A DNA stretch of 64,000 nt from an uncultured Candidatus Saccharibacteria bacterium (GCA_964537935.1 CAZICT010000002.1:76922-140921), one strand, 5' to 3'; positions 19,714 to 29,355 are shown, numbered from the stretch's first letter. Notes: generated by a model not told the origin, from the letters alone. A program made the numbers and translations.

Positions 19714-20622
19714 TCATAGTTGGAGTTCCCTGTTTAAGTTGGGCTGCTCGGCATTGCCTTCACCTTTTTGGACAATCGGCACTGACAAATCATCGAAGTT
19801 CTTTAACTGCTGCCTGGTAGCGGTGTCTGGATTGTAGCTGTCGTAATAAAGCTCGATCAATTCCTGTGTATCAAGCGGCAAGCCCGGTATTCCGCATTGC
19901 TGTAGACCACCTAAGACGGCTTGTATACGATTACGAAGTTCGTCCTTTGCTTTAGCCAGGTCAGCTTCGTTGATAGTTACGTGCTGCTCCTTCGTGTTGA
20001 ATATTCCTTTCAGACCGCTGAAGAAATTCTTACTTTGCGTAATAGCCTTCTGAATGTCAGTGACTGGAAAATATGGAATAACTACATAGAACTTTTTATC
20101 CATGATGTTCGTTTGTTGTGACAAGCCATCAATAAAACCGATATAATCTTCCATCAGCAGCGATAGCAGCATATTGTCGTGTTCAGTCCGGATCTTATCA
20201 AGCTTCTCTATATAAGGACGCAGGTCCACCTTTTGCGAGCGGACGAATATTTGCACCGGAAAATAGAGTGAGTTCAAAAAGCCCTGATAGCCATACTCTA
20301 CCCCTTCTCTTTCCTGAGGACTCATAAGGTCGAAGTTGATAGATTTGACCATAATTACTGACCGAAACGAACCGTCGTTCATAATGACGATGCCATCGCG
20401 AATCTCAGCTATTTGCAGCGTGTTCTGAGTACTGTTCGGGTTGGTTTTAACAGCTACTGGTTGCGCTGGTGGTTGAGGGGGTTGGCCGGGTGGCACGTAC
20501 GCATTTCCAGATACCGCCGGTTGAGGGCCGTAAGCACCATACGCAGACTGGTCTGCCGGTAAAGCAGCAGACGGTACAGGTTGCGTTCCGTTAGATTGTT
20601 GATTAGCGGAATTTGGATCCAT
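19714..20622 (-). CDS. Hypothetical T4SS-associated protein: P/Q-rich N-terminus plus a VirB4-N-domain-like region with no ATPase
   Basis: 302-aa ORF with no Walker motifs. IAEIRDGIVIMNDGSFRSVIMVKSINFDLMSPQEREGVEYGYQGFLNSLYFPVQIFV and ...ELIELYYDSYNP resemble VirB4 N-terminal blocks by eye. Confidence 0.5.
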   Translation of the reverse strand: MDPNSANQQSNGTQPVPSAALPADQSAYGAYGPQPAVSGNAYVPPGQPPQPPAQPVAVKTNPNSTQNTLQIAEIRDGIVIMNDGSFRSVIMVKSINFDLMSPQEREGVEYGYQGFLNSLYFPVQIFVRSQKVDLRPYIEKLDKIRTEHDNMLLSLLMEDYIGFIDGLSQQTNIMDKKFYVVIPYFPVTDIQKAITQSKNFFSGLKGIFNTKEQHVTINEADLAKAKDELRNRIQAVLGGLQQCGIPGLPLDTQELIELYYDSYNPDTATRQQLKNFDDLSVPIVQKGEGNAEQPNLNRELQL

Positions 20623-20658
20623 AGTTATTGTTTGCCCACCTAAGGATTGGGATACGAT

Positions 20659-21756
20659 TTAATGTAGCGAAATCACCACCTCGTCATTTGGTGGATCCTT
20701 CTTGCGCGACTTTTCTGCCTGCCGGGCAATGGTCGCCACATCTAAATCGTCATTGTTAGCAAGTTCCAGTATAGCAGGGTCAGCTTTAGGTGTCACTGGC
20801 GCTTGTGCTTGAGTATTCGCCTGTGTTTGCTGATTGGGCTCAGCTTCTGCTTGCTCGGACAGAGGCTTAATAGTCCTAAGGTTTGAGTTTGCTTGTTCAG
20901 ATCTTTCTTGTGCGTCTTTTATCTTTTGTATTAACGCTTCTTCGTCTTCTGTAGGCGATTGACCGGCAGTCTTATTAACCGGCTGTGGTTTGACCGACTG
21001 GCTGCCATCAAATATTCCATAACCCTGCTCGGTTATCTGTGAGGCATCCGGCTGGTTCAGGAACCAATAGTCCGAAGGCTGGGTTGACGATTGGTCTTGT
21101 TGTTCTTGCTGTTGCAAGCGTTGCAATAACTGCTTGCGCCGAGCTTGGTCCGAAGTTTGCATAAGTTGGCTCAAGTGTTGAGCGGTAGGATTGCCCTGTT
21201 CGTCAAGCATATCTGCAGATACATAGTCATCTTCTGCGACCTGTTGAGGAAAGAATGCTGAAGGATCGACCAATCTATCAGAGTCACCTTGGTTCTGAAA
21301 GTATGCAGGCTGGGCAGACATGTTGACGCTGACGTTTTTGACGATCCAGCCACGACTGTCAATTGTATTAGCTAACGCCTCTAGGCGACTCTTAACTTCC
21401 TCTTTCGTATAGCCCTTGGTTAAGTTTTTCTCTTCTTTTTTAGGCGCGGTAATTGTAACTAGCTGTTTTGCCCCTGATTGGTCCCATACACGCTTACGCG
21501 GCTTTATAAAAAACCGGATTTTAGCAAGCAACCAAACTTCACTTGACTGATCTTTGCCAAAAGGCGCCGCCAGTAGTCCAAAAAAGATAATGACCGGCAA
21601 AAAAGGAACTGCTAAAAGCGGTTGTACCAGTGCGAGCTGAAAAGCTACATAACCGGTAATCAATACAATAATCGCATAAATAAACTGCTTGAGCGTCAGT
21701 GGCCCAAGTAGCTTATCTTCTGCTTCGATGTCTTGTAAAACTTTATACGTCGCCAT
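20659..21756 (-). CDS. PrgI-family (VirB3-like) membrane protein with a long Q/E-rich C-terminal extension
   Basis: 365-aa ORF. The N-terminus MATYKVLQDIEAEDKLLGPLTLKQFIYAIIVLITGYVAF plus a second TM segment is the PrgI-family hallmark. Confidence 0.7.
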   Translation of the reverse strand: MATYKVLQDIEAEDKLLGPLTLKQFIYAIIVLITGYVAFQLALVQPLLAVPFLPVIIFFGLLAAPFGKDQSSEVWLLAKIRFFIKPRKRVWDQSGAKQLVTITAPKKEEKNLTKGYTKEEVKSRLEALANTIDSRGWIVKNVSVNMSAQPAYFQNQGDSDRLVDPSAFFPQQVAEDDYVSADMLDEQGNPTAQHLSQLMQTSDQARRKQLLQRLQQQEQQDQSSTQPSDYWFLNQPDASQITEQGYGIFDGSQSVKPQPVNKTAGQSPTEDEEALIQKIKDAQERSEQANSNLRTIKPLSEQAEAEPNQQTQANTQAQAPVTPKADPAILELANNDDLDVATIARQAEKSRKKDPPNDEVVISLH

Positions 21757-21763
21757 GCATCAA

Positions 21764-24373
21764 TTAACTTTCTTCACCTGGTGCATCTGCTCTATCTTGT
21801 AGGGGAGCTGCATTAGGGTCATTTGCATATTGTGGGCGTGAGCTATAGCGAATAATATCATCAAGATGTCGCTTACCAGCTTCTGACATAGGCGCATTTA
21901 TATCCTTAGGTATTTCTAAGGCAGTATTCACGCTGTCTCTTACTGCTAGAGTGTCGCTAACCAAACTATTAACCAGTTGTTGATTTTCGGGGGATGCATA
22001 TGATTTATTAGCATCAAACTGGTTAATTTGCCCAATTACGCGCTTTGCTCTATCGGCTGCAACTTTCCATTCTTCTGATCCCTTTACTGTGCTCTGCATA
22101 ACCCCATAGCTTTCTTGAAGTTCTCGTTTGAGGGTATTGCTATGACTTTCCATAGCAGCTGGTTTGCCGCGAAGTGTGGTAACCGGGTCCTCAGCCCTAG
22201 TAGCTTTAAGTTCAGCATCATGCAAGGGTTGCCTGTCTTGAAGGGGTATTGAACCCGTGGGGCCCATCTGGGCCTTGATTAGACCAATAAGATCCCCTGC
22301 GCCTGGGGCGAGGTCATTACGACCAACCTTTTTAGTTAATGCATTTGCAAAACCTCCGAGTCTAGCTGCAGTATCTTCGCTTCCGCCAGCAGCATGTGCC
22401 ATAACCATTGACATTTGTTCCAAAGTAGACATTGCTCTCTCACCGTTTTTACCATCAGTGCCCTTAAAGCCAGTTCCTGTTAGTATCAAGCCTTGTGCAG
22501 CAGCTAGTTGCTGTGCCCTCCCCAGTCCAATTGTTGCCTGGGCTTGTTTAGCGTGCAGTTCTGCGTCTTTTTTGGTATATCCAAACATAGCCTGTAAGTT
22601 TTTTACAGACTCCATGTAGCTCGTACCCGCCACTGCTGCGCGGAGTATGTCATCGTTATCTTTTTGGGCTTGATACTCTGCAGATTTCATTACATCAGCA
22701 ACTACACCTGCTTGCAGTGTATCAATTGCAACACGTCCCTTATCTCCAAAGCCAAAATTACCCTTCATGCCTACCCCAACACCCACACCTGTTCTCCTAA
22801 TTCCTCTCGCTATAGCGCCGCCGACTTTTCCACCACGCTCCTGATAGCGTTGCCCTGTTCTGAAGTCTTGCCAGTTTTCGCCCATTTTCGCGCCACGATA
22901 TTTCTTCATACGGTCAAACAACCCTCTCTCTCGATCATTTACCATACCAGCGATATTAGAAAACACTCCTCCGGCATACTTAAAAGCTGCAGGTATCAAA
23001 AAGTACGGACCTACATAGGCTGAAATTTTAATTAAAGTTAGTCCAAGCCCATCAGGACCTGCGGCGTCACTGCTCAAAGAAGGCAAGTCCGACACGACTA
23101 AAGCAAAAGATTTGCCTGCGGCGAGCAGCACAACCACCAAAGGGTATAACATTAAAAGTTTCCAAAACGCTCCCCACCACAATTTCCATAACTTATCATT
23201 GCCCGGAAAAATCCATGACAATATCGCCAGCGGTGCTAAAATCATCAATGCAATAATTAGCGCCTGCCTAAATACCAGTAAAGTATATCCTATAAATAAG
23301 CCTACAGCGGCAACAAGTGCATAACTGAGCACTATTCCTATTGATAGCAGTACAACACCCGTTCCTGCCAAAATAATGCCTATGAAGAGTGCCGTGTTAT
23401 CGCCCGAAAGACTTGGTGCGAAGACATCTGAAAGAGTAATGCTAGCAAAGCTACGTGAGCCATCGGTAAAGCTACTCATTATCATACCACCAAGCCCATT
23501 TCCTATGGCGTTGCTGAAGCTGACTATAAACTTGGTTATCTCAAATGACAAAGCGATAAATATAGTCGCTACAACTAGGCGTGGTAAAGCTCGCTTGACC
23601 GTATATGCACTTACAAACTCAAATCCCAAGGCTGTACCAATAACCATTACCAGTAGTACTGGTACTAGAATTATATAGGCAAGGTTCCTGAGTCTTTCCC
23701 ATGCAGTGTGTAGACGAGGGTTTTCGTCTTCATCAATATACTGATCTGGCACCTGCAAGACGTTATTAATTGCCCTATCAAGGCCAGTAACAGCACGATC
23801 CAACTGTCTCAAAATAGGACAAAGCAACCACCCAAGATCCTCTACGTTATCCTGACAGGATTCCGGCTGAGAATTGTTAAGGTTTTGCTCTGCTAGATTC
23901 TGTAAAGATTCCTCAAATCCATCTGATACATTAACCTCAACAGGAGCAATAATATTCGTACCATCATCTGCACGCAAACATAGGTACCGTCCTGCGGGTG
24001 TGCCATCTTCAGAGTATGCTAGAAATAGCTTATGGTGTGTACCGCTCTTGCCAAATTGGAATACCGCTACATTTCCTTCTATTTCCAACGAAGCACCGCA
24101 TATTTGTACACTATCACCGCTATTCTCTACGGTAGAGACTGTCTCATAGGTATATATTCCAGGAACCTCTGTAGCTTGTCGGGAATCATTACTAAAAGTA
24201 TTATCTCCTTCCACTTCAAACTGGACACCTTCGAGTTCTCCGTTGCTAACCTCTGAGGACGTAGTAGCAGTGTAGGGTGTTTGTGCGCTAGCTTGTTGAG
24301 TAGTGAAAAGTGACAAACTAAAAAATTGGGCTATAAATATCCCAAAAAGCACAAGCTTTTTGTTTGCGGTCAT
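21764..24373 (-). CDS. VirB6/TrbL/PrgH-like polytopic channel protein (signal peptide, ectodomain, about 6-7 TM segments, ~400-aa cytoplasmic tail)
   Basis: 869-aa ORF. Signal-like MTANKKLVLFGIFIAQFFSLSLFTTQQASA, a central block of hydrophobic helices (residues ~230-480), and a position immediately upstream of PrgI-like and VirB4. Confidence 0.65.
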   Translation of the reverse strand: MTANKKLVLFGIFIAQFFSLSLFTTQQASAQTPYTATTSSEVSNGELEGVQFEVEGDNTFSNDSRQATEVPGIYTYETVSTVENSGDSVQICGASLEIEGNVAVFQFGKSGTHHKLFLAYSEDGTPAGRYLCLRADDGTNIIAPVEVNVSDGFEESLQNLAEQNLNNSQPESCQDNVEDLGWLLCPILRQLDRAVTGLDRAINNVLQVPDQYIDEDENPRLHTAWERLRNLAYIILVPVLLVMVIGTALGFEFVSAYTVKRALPRLVVATIFIALSFEITKFIVSFSNAIGNGLGGMIMSSFTDGSRSFASITLSDVFAPSLSGDNTALFIGIILAGTGVVLLSIGIVLSYALVAAVGLFIGYTLLVFRQALIIALMILAPLAILSWIFPGNDKLWKLWWGAFWKLLMLYPLVVVLLAAGKSFALVVSDLPSLSSDAAGPDGLGLTLIKISAYVGPYFLIPAAFKYAGGVFSNIAGMVNDRERGLFDRMKKYRGAKMGENWQDFRTGQRYQERGGKVGGAIARGIRRTGVGVGVGMKGNFGFGDKGRVAIDTLQAGVVADVMKSAEYQAQKDNDDILRAAVAGTSYMESVKNLQAMFGYTKKDAELHAKQAQATIGLGRAQQLAAAQGLILTGTGFKGTDGKNGERAMSTLEQMSMVMAHAAGGSEDTAARLGGFANALTKKVGRNDLAPGAGDLIGLIKAQMGPTGSIPLQDRQPLHDAELKATRAEDPVTTLRGKPAAMESHSNTLKRELQESYGVMQSTVKGSEEWKVAADRAKRVIGQINQFDANKSYASPENQQLVNSLVSDTLAVRDSVNTALEIPKDINAPMSEAGKRHLDDIIRYSSRPQYANDPNAAPLQDRADAPGEES

Positions 24374-24474
24374 GCCTATATACTAACAGAAAATCTAATA
24401 ACAGGGATGGTTTTAAGTACTTTTAACAAGAAATTAGCTTCTAAGACTTTAAGATAGTTTTTATCTAGTCTTAT

Positions 24475-25593
24475 CTAATTAGAGTCTTCGTTGTGAGCGG
24501 AGAAAATAACCTCTCGTCCAAACTCTACCCAAATAAGATCAGTATCATCGTTTGACAGTGGGTTTGGAATTGCCTCAAGCTGTATTATCACTTCGTCTTC
24601 AACCCAACCTAGTCCTGCGCCTTCTCTGCGTATAATGGTATGAACTTCCATTGAGCGTGGGCCCATTTCTGCGGTTGTATTGAAGGTGGCGTCTCGATTT
24701 ACAAAAACATATAACTTATCAACATCAAACTGAGGCCAACGTTCCGTATGTGCAGTTTTTAGCTCGTCGATTTGTCTGCTTGCACTGGTAATATAATCGC
24801 GCTTTAGATCGTTAGGTGCAGACAGAAACATATCAAGTACTCCAGGGTCAAAAACATTGTTTGTGCTAGCTTCCTCCACATCTAAGAGTCTATCAATAAT
24901 CTGGGCGGCGGCTTGGTCTAGATTGTCGTAATCAAAGTCTGTATAACGGGCGGGAACTATATCCGATGGTTGAAGTTCCCTGCCTTCAACAATAAACCTT
25001 TCAGTTGTCGGCGGCTCATAAAAGGCGTCAATGCCTACAAATTCATAAGGAATTACATATTGCACTGGATCAACTTCATCTGGTTGTTCGACTATTTGAA
25101 CAATTTCGGGTGTAACCCCGTGAGTGTTTGCTGATTCAACTTCTGCTTGTGTGTTTGGAGACTCGAGAGGTGTAGACGTGGTTATTGCCTCAGGCTCTGT
25201 TACAAGAGGCTCTACGATGATTGCCTCTTCAGTTATAGGAAGCTCGTTAATCGCTTCACCTATTTCTGTTTCTCGGTCTTCTAGGTTGGTGGTATCTTGT
25301 TGCTCCTCAGATACTGGCACTTCAGCTGACCCGCCTCTTGTTAGAGCAAACCCCGCTACACCAGTGGTTGCAACTAGAGTAAGTGCAATGATTGTATTAC
25401 GTTTTCCCTTATTTTTCTTTGGAGTAAAGCTTACTTCTTCTGATACCTCTGGCTCATTAACATTAGGTTGCTGATGAGTTTCCTTATCTACGATTGAGGT
25501 AATATTACCCCTGCTTGTATCAACGAAATACTCTTCATAAAGCGCCCTAAAGTCGCCTTCGGAATAGACTTCTGGCCTTTGGTCTGTTGACAT
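24475..25593 (-). CDS. Bitopic acidic protein, first gene of the T4SS-like operon
   Basis: 372-aa ORF with a single TM segment (TIIALTLVATTGVAGFAL), an E/T/P-rich linker and a ~170-aa C-terminal globular region. Confidence 0.6.
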   Translation of the reverse strand: MSTDQRPEVYSEGDFRALYEEYFVDTSRGNITSIVDKETHQQPNVNEPEVSEEVSFTPKKNKGKRNTIIALTLVATTGVAGFALTRGGSAEVPVSEEQQDTTNLEDRETEIGEAINELPITEEAIIVEPLVTEPEAITTSTPLESPNTQAEVESANTHGVTPEIVQIVEQPDEVDPVQYVIPYEFVGIDAFYEPPTTERFIVEGRELQPSDIVPARYTDFDYDNLDQAAAQIIDRLLDVEEASTNNVFDPGVLDMFLSAPNDLKRDYITSASRQIDELKTAHTERWPQFDVDKLYVFVNRDATFNTTAEMGPRSMEVHTIIRREGAGLGWVEDEVIIQLEAIPNPLSNDDTDLIWVEFGREVIFSAHNEDSN

Positions 25594-25779
25594 AATTCAC
25601 CACCTCTCTTAGATTCTCGATTACTTAAATAAAGATTGATATTTTGATTTGATTTTTATTATACCATGATGATTACATTTAGTCTATAGTAAAATATTTT
25701 ATAAAAACTCAAGATTGTTAAACTTGTATATATGGTGTTACCCTATTCGCAGGTGTGGAAGATTTAAAATAGGAAAAGT

Positions 25780-26685
25780 ATGGTGCGAGTAGCGCGAATT
25801 TTAAGCCTTTTATTACTTATAGGCATATCTAACGTAGCAGTAAAGCCGGTTTCTGCTGAAGGTATAGGTTATCGCGGTGGCTATAATTTTACTTACGTTA
25901 TCCCAGGCACTAATAATGGTAAATCTGCTGATGAAGCAGGAGTTATGCCCATACTTGGTTACTGGGAGTCTTCGTCAAATAGCAGAGATGATCCGAATAT
26001 AACATACGTTTACGACGGAAACGCCGTGAGCGTCAACGGCAACGCATACTACACTTTTACAATTGAATTCTGTGAAGGTGAGGGTTGGCTGTGCCCTGGT
26101 GAAGAAGATAATAGATCTGGTGCTCCCAATGAAGGTGAATTAGTTACAGACATAGTGACTTACGTTCACCGCGATCCGATCTCTGGTGAATTACGTGGAT
26201 ACGAATGTATTATTCATGAGGGTAATAACAGGCAGGACTGTGTAAATAAAATTGCCCAAGGGGCAACTGGGCTCGACCTGCAGTATATAAGTAGTTTTGG
26301 TGGCAGAAATGTTTTTAATAATGAATTTGCTAATCAAGGCGAGAATCCCGTAGAGCAAGATCCTACACCATCAGAAAATGAAGGAGACCCTACAGAAGTA
26401 CCTATTTCAAATATTGAGCTAGACTGTGAATCTAATAATCTCAATTCAGGCAATTGCAAAATCATCGAATATCTGGTTACGTTTATAAACGTGCTGTCTG
26501 CGCTATTCGGGATAGTTGCAGTGACGATGATTGTCTACGCCGGTATTCGCTACACTATGTCACAAGACAACCCCCAGACAGCATCTGAGGCCAAGGAGCG
26601 TATCCGCAATGTGGTTATCGCGGTGGTGGCCTACATATTTACCTATGCATTCTTGAACTACCTGATACCGGGCGGACTGTTTTAA
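25780..26685 (+). CDS. T4SS pilin-like protein (VirB2/TrbC-like C-terminal hairpin) with a large Cys-containing ectodomain, paralog 0
   Basis: Signal peptide MVRVARILSLLLLIGISNVAVKPVSA. The C-terminus IVAVTMIVYAGIRYTMSQDNPQTASEAKERIRNVVIAVVAYIF shares the motif found in the five downstream paralogs. Confidence 0.65.
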   Translation: MVRVARILSLLLLIGISNVAVKPVSAEGIGYRGGYNFTYVIPGTNNGKSADEAGVMPILGYWESSSNSRDDPNITYVYDGNAVSVNGNAYYTFTIEFCEGEGWLCPGEEDNRSGAPNEGELVTDIVTYVHRDPISGELRGYECIIHEGNNRQDCVNKIAQGATGLDLQYISSFGGRNVFNNEFANQGENPVEQDPTPSENEGDPTEVPISNIELDCESNNLNSGNCKIIEYLVTFINVLSALFGIVAVTMIVYAGIRYTMSQDNPQTASEAKERIRNVVIAVVAYIFTYAFLNYLIPGGLF

Positions 26686-26687
26686 CG

Positions 26688-27845
26688 TCAATAAGCTGGA
26701 TCAAATCCATTCGCAAGAGCGCCTAAACGCCAGGCGGTTTGACCGCCTACTCTTTCTTCTCCACCTATAATTACTATATTTTTAATACCGAGCCTTTTGA
26801 TCTCAGAAGCTGTTTCAACTGGAATTCTATCCCGCTCCACATACAGTACTGGTCCCCTTTTACCCGCTGAATAGGTGCTGGCTAGAACAGCGTCAGTTTC
26901 TGCATCAGAGTTAACGATATAGGCGGTATCAGCGGAGCTGCCGTACCTGACTCGACTTATGTATGTAGCGGTTTGATAACGGTTACTGCCAGCAAACCTT
27001 TGTACTTGCGCCTGGGGAAATTGTTCCTGAATTTCTGATTGGGTTTCGCTTGAAATAACATCTACGCCCCCAAGCAGAACAATCTTGTTGGGTTTAATTT
27101 TTTGCATATACTCAAGCGTAGCCGGATGCATGCCCTCATTTGTTATAAATAGCGCATTACCTTCTTCGTATGCCGATTGCATGAGTGCGGCATCAGTCTT
27201 CTTGTAAGCATTTACCAGATAAACAGTGCGGTGCTGGAAACCATAGTATTTACTTAGGTTGATAGCGGTTTCGATGCGAGACTCGCCCGCCCTCCTGTCA
27301 ATACGTTTAATATAGCCGCGAAGGCGCGACATCATGTTTTCGTTTACTGCATTCTCACCGCCAATAACAACTGCCCGCTCAGGATTCAGGCGTTGTATTT
27401 CTGCGATCACTGCCTGATATGTAGTTGTGTCTGAAGTAGATCGTGGAAGATAAAGAAGCGGAAAGTTGGGCGTCAGACTGGTGGCTAAGACTGCATCTGG
27501 ATACTGATAGCCATTAACCAGCACAACTACGCTTGCACCTCTCGGAAATCTTGCCTTTGATACCTCGATAGCTGAAGTAAATCGGTCATTTCCGCCTATG
27601 CGCGTGTAGACGCGTTGAGCTTCACTAATTTTTTGTTCGGATATGTTTATCCAGGCATTTTCGGGCAAAAAGCGTTCGCCTTCTACTAATGATTCTTGGT
27701 TAACCTGTTGAGTACGGTTGTTCACTGATTGATAGACGACGTAGCCGCCGACACCAAGCAAACTAACTATTCCCGTGACAATCAAAACCGGCACTAGTGC
27801 TATGCCGACCGTGTTTTTGCTCAATCTTTGTTTGTGGTTTTTCAT
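26688..27845 (-). CDS. Cell-wall-binding repeat 2 (CWB2) protein, three repeats, N-terminal TM/signal
   Basis: RIGGNDRFTSAIEVSK, RRAGESRIETAINLSK and RFAGSNRYQTATYISR each begin a CWB2-like repeat. Confidence 0.75.
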   Translation of the reverse strand: MKNHKQRLSKNTVGIALVPVLIVTGIVSLLGVGGYVVYQSVNNRTQQVNQESLVEGERFLPENAWINISEQKISEAQRVYTRIGGNDRFTSAIEVSKARFPRGASVVVLVNGYQYPDAVLATSLTPNFPLLYLPRSTSDTTTYQAVIAEIQRLNPERAVVIGGENAVNENMMSRLRGYIKRIDRRAGESRIETAINLSKYYGFQHRTVYLVNAYKKTDAALMQSAYEEGNALFITNEGMHPATLEYMQKIKPNKIVLLGGVDVISSETQSEIQEQFPQAQVQRFAGSNRYQTATYISRVRYGSSADTAYIVNSDAETDAVLASTYSAGKRGPVLYVERDRIPVETASEIKRLGIKNIVIIGGEERVGGQTAWRLGALANGFDPAY

Positions 27846-27952
27846 AACTTTGTCTTTTAATTTTCTTACTCTATGATTTAATATACAAGTAATATGCCGA
27901 ATGTCAAACAGATTATGCTTGCACCGGCCTTTTATGTAGACTAGATATAAAT

Positions 27953-28582
27953 ATGACTAAAAACATAACAAATCTAAATCACCTCAAGACAAAGGTTATA
28001 GTTACTGCTTTCATCGTTGCTGTATTAGCTGTTCTACTATTTCCTGGCAACACCTTTGCCCAGAGCGACTCTGGTGCCTTTGATGACCCGAGCGAGTCAC
28101 CAGGAAATACTTCCGATGTGGGACCGACAACAACAGGAACAACTGACAACAGGAGCGACGGTTTTAGATTCGATAACCCTAATGATAGGAGTGGCAACGG
28201 AGGAGATTCTGATTTTTTGGGTGCCGGCAGCGGTTGTAATAACAGTGAGTTCCTCGGGTTTCCTACATGGTATAAATACCTGTCTGTCACTTCGGATGGA
28301 TCGGGCGGATGTAACGTAGAGCTGCCACAAAAAGATGGTGAGACTGATGTTATTACAACAGTGGCCGCCATTGGCTTTGCGATATTTGAAATACTGTTAC
28401 GTATAAGCGCATTTTTAGCGATAGGCTTTGTTATTTACGGTGGCTATAAATACATGCTAAGCCAAGGTGAGCCAGATAGACTAAAGGGTGCCAGGAGCAC
28501 AATAATAAATGCATTAATAGGTTTAGTGATATCGATTTTATCTGTCGCTATTGTTAATCTTATTGCAGGTAGTATCACATGA
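27953..28582 (+). CDS. T4SS pilin-like protein, paralog 1
   Basis: Signal peptide ...LLFPGNTFAQ. The C-terminus is FLAIGFVIYGGYKYMLSQGEPDRLKGARSTIINALIGLVISIL. Confidence 0.7.
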   Translation: MTKNITNLNHLKTKVIVTAFIVAVLAVLLFPGNTFAQSDSGAFDDPSESPGNTSDVGPTTTGTTDNRSDGFRFDNPNDRSGNGGDSDFLGAGSGCNNSEFLGFPTWYKYLSVTSDGSGGCNVELPQKDGETDVITTVAAIGFAIFEILLRISAFLAIGFVIYGGYKYMLSQGEPDRLKGARSTIINALIGLVISILSVAIVNLIAGSIT

Positions 28583-28887
28583 TATTTAAGCAATTATTTA
28601 TAGCTATAGGACAGACTATAAATCCTACAGAGATTGATATCCCTCGTGTTACGCCATCCACCGGAGACGGTGGCACCATCGACACGGTATTGAGGGTAGT
28701 GTTTGGCATAGCAGGTGCGATAGCGGTAATAATGGTTACAATTGGTGGTCTTCAATATGTATTATCTCAAGGTAATCCGCAGTCTACCGCCAAAGCAAAG
28801 GATACAATACTTTATTCCCTTGTGGGCTTGGTGATAGTAATATTCGGATACTTTATAGTTGGTTTTGTTGCAGGTAGAGTTGCATGA
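28579..28887 (+). CDS. T4SS pilin-like protein, paralog 2 (short)
   Basis: ATGA overlap with paralog 1. Contains AIAVIMVTIGGLQYVLSQGNPQSTAKAKDTILYSLVGLVIVIF. Confidence 0.7.
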   Translation: MIFKQLFIAIGQTINPTEIDIPRVTPSTGDGGTIDTVLRVVFGIAGAIAVIMVTIGGLQYVLSQGNPQSTAKAKDTILYSLVGLVIVIFGYFIVGFVAGRVA

Positions 28888-29342
28888 AAAGGTTGATTTA
28901 TAAAATAAGCGTTGCCCTAATAGTATTTTTTACAGTAGCACCTGGTGCTGTCATTGCTGCTGAAGATCCTGGTGGTAATCCACCACAGCCAAACCCTAAC
29001 GCAAAAGTTAATGTCATAAACCCTAAATTGTGCAACGACTTACCAGTAAATGAAAAGCCAATAGTCTGTGAAGAAAATTATGATCAGGGGCCAGATAAAG
29101 AAAATGGTAACCGGATATATGGCCCAAACGGCACACTCACTAAAGTGGCCAACATACTGGCTTTGGTGGTGGGCGTAGCGGCAGTTATAGTTATCATTAT
29201 CGCAGGCTTTCAATATGTTCTGTCGTCCGGAGATTCAGCCAAGGTTAATACTGCAAAAAATATGATCATATATGCGATTGGCGGACTTCTTGTTACAGTA
29301 TTTGCAAGGGCAATAATAATATTTGTAGTAAGTAGACTATAA
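28884..29342 (+). CDS. T4SS pilin-like protein, paralog 3
   Basis: ATGA overlap with paralog 2. Signal peptide ...APGAVIAA. Contains VAAVIVIIIAGFQYVLSSGDSAKVNTAKNMIIYAIGGLLVTVF. Confidence 0.7.
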   Translation: MKRLIYKISVALIVFFTVAPGAVIAAEDPGGNPPQPNPNAKVNVINPKLCNDLPVNEKPIVCEENYDQGPDKENGNRIYGPNGTLTKVANILALVVGVAAVIVIIIAGFQYVLSSGDSAKVNTAKNMIIYAIGGLLVTVFARAIIIFVVSRL

Positions 29343-29355
29343 AAGGAGATAATAA

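Noticed and set aside
25594-25779. Short TTGAT direct repeats (ttgatattttgatttgattttt) in the divergent T4SS/pilin promoter region as a regulator site
   Set aside because: This is very AT-rich, low-complexity DNA in which such pentamer repeats are expected by chance. There is no second copy elsewhere in the locus to support a motif.
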